Virus record (IMG/VR): IMGVR_UViG_3300037067_027616
Location: 352,001-416,000 of that record
From: a virus
Lineage: Duplodnaviria; Caudoviricetes
Strand: one strand, 5' to 3'
DNA: 64,000 bases
Shown: positions 34,946 through 44,445 of the stretch, one piece after another
Layout: every line of letters starts with the position of its first letter
Numbering within the stretch: position 1 is the first letter of the stretch
The notes under the pieces: generated by a model
The model's database searches: none
What the model was told of the DNA's origin: nothing
Seen by the model: the letters and a program-made list of their open reading frames with translations, nothing else
Program-made: the position numbers and the translations under genes

Positions 34946-34974
34946 TTTACAACAGAGTTGCCAAGTAGTATATT
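34946..34974 (+). promoter_or_regulatory. Sigma70-type promoter for replication module
   Basis: TTTACA-17 nt-TATATT. Confidence 0.7.
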
Positions 34975-35021
34975 CAAGGTAACTGTTTAGGGAACTGGTA
35001 GCAACCAAGTTTTGGGAACTT

Positions 35022-36770
35022 ATGTCTTCATTCGCTTCGAAGCCATCAAACTTCGATTTCCTGAAGAACTTGCGATCGAGCAAGACGGCTTCACTTAAAC
35101 CCTGCCCGTTGATAAAACCTGAAACATCCCTGCGATATTATCAGGTAATCGGTTGCCTCCATCTCATTTGCCTTTCCCGCATGATCCTTGGCGATGCCGT
35201 CGGACTCGGTAAGACTGTACAACTCATAGCCGCCTATGCATACATGCTCTTGAAGGATGCCACGATAAAGCTCCTTGTGATTACCCCGAAATCAGCCATG
35301 TATCAATGGGCATCCGAATTCAAAAAATTCACCACAGGCATATCGGTTCATGTACTGCAGGAGAAATACGCCGTCAGTAAAGACGGCATGACATATGATT
35401 CGGTGGAGAACATGAAGGCGTCCGGCAAGAAGTTCAGGACGCTTTCCAACTTCGAGGCGCGCAAGGCGCAGTATGACCATGTCAAGGCGAATGTTTTCAT
35501 ATCCGGGTATTTCAGTGTACAGGAAGATTACGATTTTCTTATTGCCAACCGCAGTCCTAAATTCGCAGTAGTATACGATGAAGCACAAGCTTTCAAATCG
35601 GACAAAACAAAGACTTTCTTCGGTGCAGAAAAGATAGCACAGTCCGCTATCAGGGTCTACGGCATGAGTGCCACGCTCATAAAAAACAGGCTTGAAGAGG
35701 CCTACAATATATACAAAGTCATCGTACCTGGTCTCTTTGGTAGTAAGAACAAATTCTACCAGCAGTACACTATCCGCAAGAAGAGGTCGATATTCAGGAA
35801 GGGTAAGAAGCGCTATTTCAACGAGATAACAGGGTACATAAACCTCGATGACTTCAGGGATAAAATAGAGCCATACTTCCTCATACGGCGCACTCGAGAG
35901 GTAGCCGCCGAACTCCCCCGCCTCATTTCCAAAAAAGTTGAAATAGACTTGTTCCCGGAACAGGACACCCTTTATAAACAGGCCCTCACCGGGGAATTGT
36001 ACCGCAAAGTCGTAAAGAACAGGTACTTCGAGTTCAAAGAGAAGTTCGATGCCGACTTGGCCCCGTCCGATAAGGACCGGGAGAAGATGGAAAAATTGGA
36101 GAAACAGTACGATGTATCCATGACCTCTGTCGGGATTCAAGACAGCAAGATAGCCGCCCTCACATTCTGCCAACTTGTTTCCAACGGTCCGGCGTGGGTG
36201 CGCGAGGAGGGGGACAGCGCCAAGGAGGCGGAGTTCAAGAGGTTGTTTGATGAAGAATTGCGGGACGACAAGTGCATCGTATTTACCCGGTTTAAATCGG
36301 GCATTGTACGCCTTGAGGGCATCCTGGACGCCCTTGGGTTGAAGCATGTGCGCATAGATGGGGACATGGACGCCAAGGCCCGCCAAGTGGCCCAGAATGA
36401 GTTCCAGGACATGTCCAAGGAAATACCTGTCATGTTCATCACCACGGCGGGGTCGGCGGCCATCAATCTGCAGTCAGCCAATGTTATTGTGTTCTATGAC
36501 ACCCCGTGGTCCTACGGGGATCTATACCAGACCATCGGTCGTGCGCAACGCATAGGCAGCCTATACGACCACATATGCTTGATACACATGGTCTGCCGCG
36601 GGACAATAGATGAGCATGTCATCAAGATCCTTGACGACAAAAAGCACCTCATAAACGATGTCATGGGTGACATCGCCGAGGGTGCCATAGAATTCAAAGA
36701 CGAGGCTCTGTTCAGCGGGAAGGCCTCGGAGGAAGACTTGGATCAACTTTTCCATTCAGTATTTGGTTGA
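35022..36770 (+). CDS. SNF2-family helicase/ATPase
   Basis: LRYYQ, DAVGLGKT, DEAQ, SAT..KNRLEE, IVFTRF, RIDG, INLQSAN, QTIGRAQRIG. Confidence 0.95.
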   Translation: MSSFASKPSNFDFLKNLRSSKTASLKPCPLIKPETSLRYYQVIGCLHLICLSRMILGDAVGLGKTVQLIAAYAYMLLKDATIKLLVITPKSAMYQWASEFKKFTTGISVHVLQEKYAVSKDGMTYDSVENMKASGKKFRTLSNFEARKAQYDHVKANVFISGYFSVQEDYDFLIANRSPKFAVVYDEAQAFKSDKTKTFFGAEKIAQSAIRVYGMSATLIKNRLEEAYNIYKVIVPGLFGSKNKFYQQYTIRKKRSIFRKGKKRYFNEITGYINLDDFRDKIEPYFLIRRTREVAAELPRLISKKVEIDLFPEQDTLYKQALTGELYRKVVKNRYFEFKEKFDADLAPSDKDREKMEKLEKQYDVSMTSVGIQDSKIAALTFCQLVSNGPAWVREEGDSAKEAEFKRLFDEELRDDKCIVFTRFKSGIVRLEGILDALGLKHVRIDGDMDAKARQVAQNEFQDMSKEIPVMFITTAGSAAINLQSANVIVFYDTPWSYGDLYQTIGRAQRIGSLYDHICLIHMVCRGTIDEHVIKILDDKKHLINDVMGDIAEGAIEFKDEALFSGKASEEDLDQLFHSVFG

Positions 36771-36779
36771 GGAGCTGGA

Positions 36780-37484
36780 ATGTCTACAGAAATAAAAACA
36801 TGTCCGTACTGCGGTGGATCGGGGAAGAGAATTCTACAGCAAAAAGAACTCATTGTAAACGGCCGTCCTTTGTCGAACGAAGTTGCCATACCGTGCATAT
36901 GTTCCTTGAATAAGTACGTGTCGAGCAAATACGACCGACTTTCCGGTGTGGGGGACGTGTCTGGAAAGGACGCGATACAGGTTGCCAAAAAGCTTCCATT
37001 CACGGATGCGGTTGTCCACGGACCTGAAGAATTATTCCTGTATGTGGTGAAGTGTTTCATCGTTATTCATTTCCCGTTCAACCGAAGATTCGCTGTGCTC
37101 ACGGGCGCCGACATCGCCGAGAAGTACGCCATGGCACAGCCCAATGGAGTGATACCCACGGTCGACCTTTTGACCACACATGATCTCATGGCTATCTTGT
37201 GCGTGGCGCGAGTGAACAACAGGGCCATAGGACCCGGTACGCAGGAAGTGCTCGCCAACAGATTCCGTAGTCGCAAGCCTACGTGGGTGTATGCCCCCGG
37301 AAGCACAGCACTCCTTGAGAGTAAAGAATTCGCCCCGGACGAGGGACGTGGTTCTGCGGCATCGCTTGTAGAGGGTTGGCCGGTGTGGCAGTTGTCAGAA
37401 CTTTTTCCCAATCTTGAAGGGTTGGACAGGAGCAATGTAAAAGTTTCTATGAGCAGATCAAAAACGATTGCGGCTGATTTGTAA
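36780..37484 (+). CDS. DnaC/IstB-like helicase-loader homolog, apparently degenerate ATPase
   Basis: N-terminal CPYCGGSG…PCIC Zn motif and 'L..RF…KPTW' C-terminal pattern; directly upstream of DnaB; no Walker A. Confidence 0.55.
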   Translation: MSTEIKTCPYCGGSGKRILQQKELIVNGRPLSNEVAIPCICSLNKYVSSKYDRLSGVGDVSGKDAIQVAKKLPFTDAVVHGPEELFLYVVKCFIVIHFPFNRRFAVLTGADIAEKYAMAQPNGVIPTVDLLTTHDLMAILCVARVNNRAIGPGTQEVLANRFRSRKPTWVYAPGSTALLESKEFAPDEGRGSAASLVEGWPVWQLSELFPNLEGLDRSNVKVSMSRSKTIAADL

Positions 37485-37495
37485 GGAGATTTGAC

Positions 37496-39031
37496 ATGGT
37501 TGAACTTGAAAGTGTGTTCCGGTCAATATTGAATTTCAGGGATTCCAAGGGTAACTTCACAATACCCCAAGAGGATCTTGTAAAGAATTTCCGGGCGCTT
37601 CAAAAGGTGGTGCCGGAACCCCCGGAGGACAAGGCGTTCAAGGTCCTTTACCATTTCATCTACAACTACGTAAAGGATTGTGAGGCCAGCACACCAGAGT
37701 TGCCTTCGTACGAGTTCATCAAAACACATTTCGAAACCGTGGATGGCAATGAGACAGTCCTTGCCTTACTCGAGCGCATACGGGTGCAACAGCCGTACGT
37801 CGGGCAGGACTACAAGATGCTTTTGAAACAGTACAACGATGATCAAAGGGTCGTTTCCTTGGAGCGTGTACTCTCGAACGTGAACAAGATAGCTTCTACA
37901 GGAATGGAAGTACGCGATGGAAAGATGAAAAGGATTTTGAAAGGGGTAGTGGAAGGCATCAACTACTTCGCGAAAGAAACAAAGGACCTTTTGCGCGATC
38001 TCACCGGCGTGAAGGTCGAGGGCCAAATAGTGAGCGTAGAGGACTCGCGAGAAGTCCAGGAGGAGTACCAGAAAGTGAAAAAGGATCCGACAGAGGCGCT
38101 CGGGATATATACGGGCATCTCACACATAGACAGTCACCTTAAGGGACTCAAGAACACCGAGTTGATGTTGCTGGCGGCGTGGACGGGACACTGTAAGACG
38201 ACTTTCTGTTTGAACATGGCCTACCGTGCCATGTACAGTGGGTGGAACACACTTTTCACGACTCTCGAAATGAGCTATGCGGAAATACGACGGGCGATGT
38301 TTGTCCTGCACAGTTGCAATCAACGGCGCTTCCGGGAGAGATACCCTGAATATGCTGAAATCATTGGAAAGATATCCTACAATGATGTGTGTTACGGGGA
38401 ACTCTCCCCGAAAGAAGAAGAATTTTTCGCTTTGGTGTGCAAGGATTTTGAGGAATCCCCTGATTTCGGTCGGTTCACCATATGGCAGCCACCACAAAGT
38501 TACGTGACGGTTGCCGACCTTGACTTCAAGGCACGGCAGGTACAGCAGGAGTATCAGGCATCGGGACGCGACCTCGAGTTCATGGTGGTCGACTACATCT
38601 CCCTTCTTTCGGTTGAAAAGGAGTTGCGGTCAAGGGATCACAACGAGAACCTTAATGCCATCATAAAGGGCTTGAAGAGAGAGTGCCTAACATTCAATAA
38701 TGGCAAGGGCTTACGAATGTTGTCACCTTTCCAGGTAAACAGAGATGGGTACAAGGAAGCCCGGGCTAATGATGGTCTTTATTTCCCGACTTGCCTGTCG
38801 AACGCCCACGAGGCGGAGAGGTCATCGGACGTGGTGGTCACATCATATATCAGCGATGACGACCGCAAGAATGGACTCATCAAGTTTTGTAACTTGAAGA
38901 ACCGCCGTGACTCACCGTTCGACCCGTTCCAGGCGTGCATCGACTTTGAAACCAAGTACATATACGACTTCAGCGGGGACTCAAGCAGAGACCCCATACA
39001 CAACATGGAGCTTGTGCTAAGTAAGACGTAG
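37496..39031 (+). CDS. dnaB: DnaB-like replicative helicase
   Basis: TGI..ID..L.GL, Walker A 'AWTGHCKT', TLEM, VVDYISLL, QVNR, ERSSD, KNR. Confidence 0.9.
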   Translation: MVELESVFRSILNFRDSKGNFTIPQEDLVKNFRALQKVVPEPPEDKAFKVLYHFIYNYVKDCEASTPELPSYEFIKTHFETVDGNETVLALLERIRVQQPYVGQDYKMLLKQYNDDQRVVSLERVLSNVNKIASTGMEVRDGKMKRILKGVVEGINYFAKETKDLLRDLTGVKVEGQIVSVEDSREVQEEYQKVKKDPTEALGIYTGISHIDSHLKGLKNTELMLLAAWTGHCKTTFCLNMAYRAMYSGWNTLFTTLEMSYAEIRRAMFVLHSCNQRRFRERYPEYAEIIGKISYNDVCYGELSPKEEEFFALVCKDFEESPDFGRFTIWQPPQSYVTVADLDFKARQVQQEYQASGRDLEFMVVDYISLLSVEKELRSRDHNENLNAIIKGLKRECLTFNNGKGLRMLSPFQVNRDGYKEARANDGLYFPTCLSNAHEAERSSDVVVTSYISDDDRKNGLIKFCNLKNRRDSPFDPFQACIDFETKYIYDFSGDSSRDPIHNMELVLSKT

Positions 39032-39032
39032 G

Positions 39033-39590
39033 ATGAAAGAGATCATAGCACTAAAGGCCCGGATAGCCGAGCATGTTACGCTCAAAGATTTTCTCGTCAA
39101 CGATGGGAAGATAACCGGGTCGTTGTCTGAAGAGCAGTACTCTTGTACGTTCCACGGAAGGGATTTGAAGAAGAGTGCACGTTACTATCGGGACACAGAT
39201 TCATCCTATTGTTGGGTGTGCAAAAGGAAATGGGACATCTTCTCCTATCTCGAACAGAAAGAGGGCTTGGGGTTTTGGCAGGCCATCAACTACCTTGTAA
39301 AAACGTACAGCATACCAATCAAGGATCTTCCAGATTCTTTGGAGGAGTCCCACAAGAAAAGGATTGAGGCGCCTCGGGTAAAGGTGAGCGATGTAAAGCT
39401 GGCTTTGGAGAAGTTGTCCGGCGCGATACATTTGTTGCGTGATTTGGTGCCGCCAGAGAGATATGAGAAAATGGTGTTTGCCTTCATGCTTCTTAAATAT
39501 GCAACGGATGAAGAGAAGAAGCCGGAAGGATCGGAAACCTTGAGGAAGGCAATCCTCAAAGTCTTAGAGGAGTCTAGAAATGGCAGATGA
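39033..39590 (+). CDS. CHC2 zinc-finger protein (primase Zn-binding domain, no TOPRIM)
   Basis: CTFH…YCWVC…DIFSYL…EGLGF.QAI. Confidence 0.85.
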   Translation: MKEIIALKARIAEHVTLKDFLVNDGKITGSLSEEQYSCTFHGRDLKKSARYYRDTDSSYCWVCKRKWDIFSYLEQKEGLGFWQAINYLVKTYSIPIKDLPDSLEESHKKRIEAPRVKVSDVKLALEKLSGAIHLLRDLVPPERYEKMVFAFMLLKYATDEEKKPEGSETLRKAILKVLEESRNGR

Positions 39591-42180
39591 AACACAGATA
39601 GTCAGTGACATGCTGAGTGATTTCGTGGGTGATAAAGTCAAGGGTTTGATCGAGAAGAAAGAGTGGATGGAGAAATGCACCTTCACCATGGTGAAGACCC
39701 GCGAGGATTTTACTGCGATCATCGATCGCCTTATTGATAAGGGCCTTTGCTCCGTCGACCTCGAAACAACATCCTTGAATACGCGCCCCGACAAATCCGG
39801 TAATTGTGTGGCTCGCATCGTTGGTATATGCCTTGCCGACTCATCTACCAATGGATGGTATGTGCCCGTAAGCCATGAGGACCGGGAATTCAATCTTCCC
39901 TATGATTTTGTGGTGCGGGAACTTGCCAGGCTCATAAAGAATTGTCGGTGCATATTTCACCATTTTAAATATGATGGGCAGGTGCTTTATTACCACGGCA
40001 TTGAAGTCACCGATGAAACGACGATAGAAGACACATACTTGATGGCAGGTGTGGTGGATGCATCGCAGAAGGAGCGGGGGTTGAAACACCTGTCAGACAA
40101 GCTTCTCAACCGCCCGATGATAGACATCAACAAATTACTTCCCCAAACGGGTAAAAAGAAGATTGTAAAGTTCGACCTCGTCCCGCCTCAAATAGCATTG
40201 TACTACGGCGTAAGTGATGCAATGAATACATTTGCACTATATGAACACTTCTCAAAAGAACTTGATGTCCAAGATCCAGACAGGAAGCAGGGGCCGTGGG
40301 CGGTCTACGAGAAGATAGAAAAACGGTGTCTCTTTCCGGTTTTGCAAATGGAACGCAGTTTGTGCAGAATAGACACCAACCATCTCAAGACTCTCAGGGA
40401 GAGGTTGGAGGATAAGCGCCAGAGAGTGTTGAAATCGGTTACTGAATTGGCAGGCAGGGAAATTGACCTCAAGAGTCCAAAGAAGCTGGGTACACTTCTT
40501 TTTGAGGAAATGAAGATACCGTACCCCGAGAGAGAGAAGACAGCTTCCGGGCAGTATTCAACAGTTGAGGGCACGCTTTTGAAAATAGCTGACGTGCCCA
40601 TAGTAAACTTGATATTGGAACACCGGTCAATAGAGAAGGTCATCAATACGTACGTCGACAATTTTCTCAACAATGTCGATGATGATGGGTGTGTGAAATT
40701 CCAATTGAACCAGTTGCAGGCGGATACCGGGAGGTTCTCAGCGAGCGGTGGCGATGGACTTAAAGAGGACGGTTACTGCGGGGTCAACTGCCAGAACATT
40801 CCGAATCCTGACGATGAGAATGAGGAAGCCCCCGACCTTCGAAAAGCGATAGTGGCCCGTCCCGGTTATAAAATGGTATCCATCGATTATAGTGGTGAAG
40901 AACTCAGGATAGCCGCTAACCTTTCGCGTGAGCCTAAATGGCTTGACGCTTTTTTGCACGGTGACGGCGATTTGCACACGATGACGGCGAAGATCATCCA
41001 CGCCAAGAACGATGTAAATAAGAAGGAGCGTAACTTAGGAAAAAGGCTGAATTTTTTGACCCTTTATGGTGGAGGGGCAGGCGGATTTTCTGCACAGGCG
41101 AAAATCCCTTATGAGCAGGCGAAGAAGATGATTATAAACTTCTTCCGTGGATATTCGAGTCTCAAGAAATGGATAGACGTTGAAATACGTATTTGTCGTA
41201 AACGCGGGTATAGCAAAACGGCTTTTGGCAGAAGGCGCCCGCTTACGGAGTTCTATAGTGCCACCGATGAGAAAATCAAGGCAAAAGGTGATCGGTGTGC
41301 AGTGAATTCGTGCGTGCAGGGGAGTGGTGCCGATGTCATTAAGATATCCCTTTATCGTGTGTGGAAATGGATAAAGGAAAATGGATACGGTGACGATGTT
41401 CACATGATCCTGCCTGTGCATGATGAAGTCGTATTTGAAATCAAGGAGGACAAACTTGATTTCTATATACCAGAGATATGTGAGATAATGTGTTTGAAGG
41501 ATCTCACAGACGCCCTTGGGTGGCCTGTTCCGTTCGAAGTCGATGCAGAGTATGGTGACAGCTTCCATGTCGACCACAACTATTGGGAGGAGCGTGGTAA
41601 GTCTCCTGCGGCCAAACCCGTTGTGGCTCCGGAGCAACCAAAAGCAACGGAAACACCGTTTGTGGCAACGGTGACACCTTCCCCGGAGCCTACGGTTGCT
41701 CCTCAAGCATCGGTGCCCGTGGCAGAAGCCCACAATAATCAAGTGCCAAAGGTTGATACAACCACGGCAGTATTGGAAACGCCAACCACTCAAATAGCCC
41801 ATACCACAAGTTCCGGAGAGTTCATTCATTTCACTGTCACCGTCAGGGAGGCGGTGATGGCGGCGGCCGACAAGGCGAAATTGAAATTTGAGGCATCGGA
41901 GTCCGAGTCGTTTGACGAGGCTCTGAAAGATGTGCGCGTTTCGGATAGGATAGACCACCGCGGCGTGCTTGTATACCCCATAGAGCGCCTGGATCACATC
42001 ACCCTCCACCAATTCGATACGGCGATCCGCATCCTTGTTAATTACGGCGAAGCGATATTCATCGGCCCGAAATGTAAGGTTGCCCTCGTTGATAAGACTT
42101 CCGGAGAAGTGTGGTACGAATCCAACAAGAAGGTGTCGGTTGACGCCTTCCTAGCGCTTTGTTTTTGGCTAAAAATTTAG
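39580..42180 (+). CDS. polA: Family A DNA polymerase (3'-5' exonuclease + polymerase) with C-terminal extension
   Basis: DLETT exo I, HFKYD, TGRFS, QNIP, DYSGEELR (motif A), R..GK.LNF..LYG (motif B), VHDE (motif C). Confidence 0.95.
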   Translation: MADETQIVSDMLSDFVGDKVKGLIEKKEWMEKCTFTMVKTREDFTAIIDRLIDKGLCSVDLETTSLNTRPDKSGNCVARIVGICLADSSTNGWYVPVSHEDREFNLPYDFVVRELARLIKNCRCIFHHFKYDGQVLYYHGIEVTDETTIEDTYLMAGVVDASQKERGLKHLSDKLLNRPMIDINKLLPQTGKKKIVKFDLVPPQIALYYGVSDAMNTFALYEHFSKELDVQDPDRKQGPWAVYEKIEKRCLFPVLQMERSLCRIDTNHLKTLRERLEDKRQRVLKSVTELAGREIDLKSPKKLGTLLFEEMKIPYPEREKTASGQYSTVEGTLLKIADVPIVNLILEHRSIEKVINTYVDNFLNNVDDDGCVKFQLNQLQADTGRFSASGGDGLKEDGYCGVNCQNIPNPDDENEEAPDLRKAIVARPGYKMVSIDYSGEELRIAANLSREPKWLDAFLHGDGDLHTMTAKIIHAKNDVNKKERNLGKRLNFLTLYGGGAGGFSAQAKIPYEQAKKMIINFFRGYSSLKKWIDVEIRICRKRGYSKTAFGRRRPLTEFYSATDEKIKAKGDRCAVNSCVQGSGADVIKISLYRVWKWIKENGYGDDVHMILPVHDEVVFEIKEDKLDFYIPEICEIMCLKDLTDALGWPVPFEVDAEYGDSFHVDHNYWEERGKSPAAKPVVAPEQPKATETPFVATVTPSPEPTVAPQASVPVAEAHNNQVPKVDTTTAVLETPTTQIAHTTSSGEFIHFTVTVREAVMAAADKAKLKFEASESESFDEALKDVRVSDRIDHRGVLVYPIERLDHITLHQFDTAIRILVNYGEAIFIGPKCKVALVDKTSGEVWYESNKKVSVDAFLALCFWLKI

Positions 42181-42190
42181 GAGGGAGCAA

Positions 42191-43027
42191 ATGGAGTGCG
42201 TCAAGACTGTACGTGACTTTGCGTTGAGGAATTCAGACGACCTCAAGCGCTTCATGGTGTTCAAGACAGGCATCAGGGACAGGGATATCATCATGGACAC
42301 CATACAGGAATTCTACGTCAAGTTGATCGAAACAAAGGCTCTTGAAACATACGACCCTGCCAAAGGGGCGTTCAAGACCTATATCATGAATCTTTTTTGT
42401 TGGCTGTTTCCGGTCCTTGCTAACCGGAACCACAATGTTAAGTACACCTTCCTCAGCTGCACAAAAGATCGGAATCATTCCGGTCAGTGGGATGGCGGGT
42501 ATACCGACATATTCGAGGATGTGGCGGCACCGGGTCGCAGTCCGTATGTCGAACACGTGGTCGATGGATCGTACATCTCATCCCATGTCACAGAGGATGA
42601 AGAACTCGAAACAGAAATAAGCATAAAGGAATTCGTTGAACACATCAAGCGCACACAGACTAAAAAGGCGGCAAGCCGTATCGTCCCGTATATCGAATAC
42701 AGGAATTGCGGATGCAACGGAGCAGATGTGGCCCAGATCCTTGGTGTGTCTAACAACATGGTCAAAATGATAAAAGAACGTACCAAGGTGAGTTTCGAGC
42801 AATGGAGAGGACACAAGATGAATACGGGTAAAAAGACGAAGCAGCTGACGTACGAACAGGTGGTCGATGAGATACGGCACGCCCAAGACATGATCACCAA
42901 ATACAACGCGGGGGACGTTTCCCTCCCGCACGGTTTCTCCTATAGGGACGTTGTCTTGAGGCTTAAGTACCTCAGGAACCGCCAGTCACAGCTTTCGAAG
43001 AAAAGACGTAAGCCAAAGTGTGACTGA
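42191..43027 (+). CDS. Sigma70/ECF-like transcription factor
   Basis: 'D.IQE.YVKL…YDPAKGAFKTYI' region-2-like; 'GADVAQILGVSNNMV' HTH. Confidence 0.7.
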   Translation: MECVKTVRDFALRNSDDLKRFMVFKTGIRDRDIIMDTIQEFYVKLIETKALETYDPAKGAFKTYIMNLFCWLFPVLANRNHNVKYTFLSCTKDRNHSGQWDGGYTDIFEDVAAPGRSPYVEHVVDGSYISSHVTEDEELETEISIKEFVEHIKRTQTKKAASRIVPYIEYRNCGCNGADVAQILGVSNNMVKMIKERTKVSFEQWRGHKMNTGKKTKQLTYEQVVDEIRHAQDMITKYNAGDVSLPHGFSYRDVVLRLKYLRNRQSQLSKKRRKPKCD

Positions 43028-43097
43028 AGTCACAGACGGTTCGGGTATTTTCAGGTACGATAGAGTGGTTGCACAAACCACACAAGGAGCGTGAAAG

Positions 43098-43889
43098 ATG
43101 AAAATCACATTTCTCGGTAGCGGGTCGGCGTTTTGCATGGACAATTGGCAGAGCAATATGTTGTTGGAGATGGATGCTTGCGAAGAATACCCCAAGGGCG
43201 TGAAGATGCTTTTCGACTGTGGCGGGGATATCCGTTGGTCACTACAGGAACACGGCATGAGCGCCACGGATATCGATGCCGTTTATGTATCCCATTTACA
43301 TGCCGATCATATTGGGGGCTTAGAATATTTAGCTTTCGTCAGCTACTTCGCCAAAACCGTGCGCGGGGAGATGAAGCCGAAGCTCATCGGTAACAGCCAA
43401 CTCCTCAGGGATTTGTGGACCAGCAGTCTTCGGGGTGGACTCAACTCGATACAGATGGTCGATGCAGGCATGGATACGTATTTTGACATTGTAGCCGTCC
43501 CAAACAGTGGCTCGTTCAAGGTCGGGGACACCTCCTTCAAAACCGTGCAGACGATCCACGTCATCGCAGATACGTCCTTCGTGAAGTCCTTCGGGTTAAT
43601 GATCACCCTGCCAAAAAATGGCAAGAAAATGTTCATAACGAGCGACACTCAATATGCACCTTCGCAATTGAACGATTTCATCAAAAGCGCCGATGTCGTC
43701 TTCCACGATTGCGAAACGAGCAAATACCCGTCAGGGGTGCACGCCCATTACAACGACCTTAAGGAACTCCCGGAGGAGATCAAAAGAAAGTTGTGGCTGT
43801 ACCACTATAACAACGTGAAAGACCTTCCAGACGCCAAGTCAGAGGGCTTCCAGGGGTTTGTAGAGAAGGGACAGTCATTTGAATTCTAG
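43098..43889 (+). CDS. MBL-fold hydrolase, Apyc1-like (anti-Pycsar cyclic-nucleotide phosphodiesterase) family
   Basis: GSGSAF, DCG, SHLHADHIGGLE, LW.SSLRGGL, SDT, VFHDC, GVHA, LYHY. Confidence 0.8.
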   Translation: MKITFLGSGSAFCMDNWQSNMLLEMDACEEYPKGVKMLFDCGGDIRWSLQEHGMSATDIDAVYVSHLHADHIGGLEYLAFVSYFAKTVRGEMKPKLIGNSQLLRDLWTSSLRGGLNSIQMVDAGMDTYFDIVAVPNSGSFKVGDTSFKTVQTIHVIADTSFVKSFGLMITLPKNGKKMFITSDTQYAPSQLNDFIKSADVVFHDCETSKYPSGVHAHYNDLKELPEEIKRKLWLYHYNNVKDLPDAKSEGFQGFVEKGQSFEF

Positions 43890-44403
43890 GCCGTTCTACA
43901 CCGGCGTAGGCAGCCGTGACACCCCACCCGAAGTATGCCGGCGTATGGCAGAGATAGCGGGCTTCTTGGAACGCAAAGGTTACATCCTGCGCTCTGGAGG
44001 GGCTGCCGCCGCCGATACGGCATTCGAGTCTGGTGTTTCCGACCCGACCAATAAAGAGATATATCTACCGTGGAAGGGATTCAACATGAACCCCTCCAAG
44101 CTCTACGGGGTCAGCCAAGAGGCGCTTACTATGGCGGAAGGTTTTCACCCTGCCTGGGAAAGGTGCAGTACGGGCGCCCGGGAAATGCATGCCCGCAATT
44201 GCTACCAGGTTCTTGGAAGGGACCTTAAAACACTTTCGAAATTCGTCTTGTGTTGGACAAAAGGTGGCAAGGTTGTTGGGGGTACAGCGCAAGCCATGCG
44301 CATAGCGGCGTTTCACCACATCCCGGTGTTCAATCTTGCTATAGAAGCCCAGGCATCACTCATTGATGAGTGCATGAGAACCGACCAAATTTTTATTGCA
44401 TAA
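43879..44403 (+). CDS. SLOG/DprA(Smf)-like Rossmann protein
   Basis: YTGVGSR, LRSGGA.AAD.AFE, ARN..QVLG, GGT.QA.RIA…IPVFNL. Confidence 0.8.
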   Translation: MNSRPFYTGVGSRDTPPEVCRRMAEIAGFLERKGYILRSGGAAAADTAFESGVSDPTNKEIYLPWKGFNMNPSKLYGVSQEALTMAEGFHPAWERCSTGAREMHARNCYQVLGRDLKTLSKFVLCWTKGGKVVGGTAQAMRIAAFHHIPVFNLAIEAQASLIDECMRTDQIFIA

Positions 44404-44408
44404 AGGCC

Positions 44409-44437
44409 GTTAAAATATGGTGGCGAGTTGGTATATT
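44409..44437 (+). promoter_or_regulatory. Putative sigma70-type promoter
   Basis: GTTAAA-17 nt-TATATT, 8 nt before ATG 44446. Confidence 0.45.
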
Positions 44438-44445
44438 AGTCTTGT

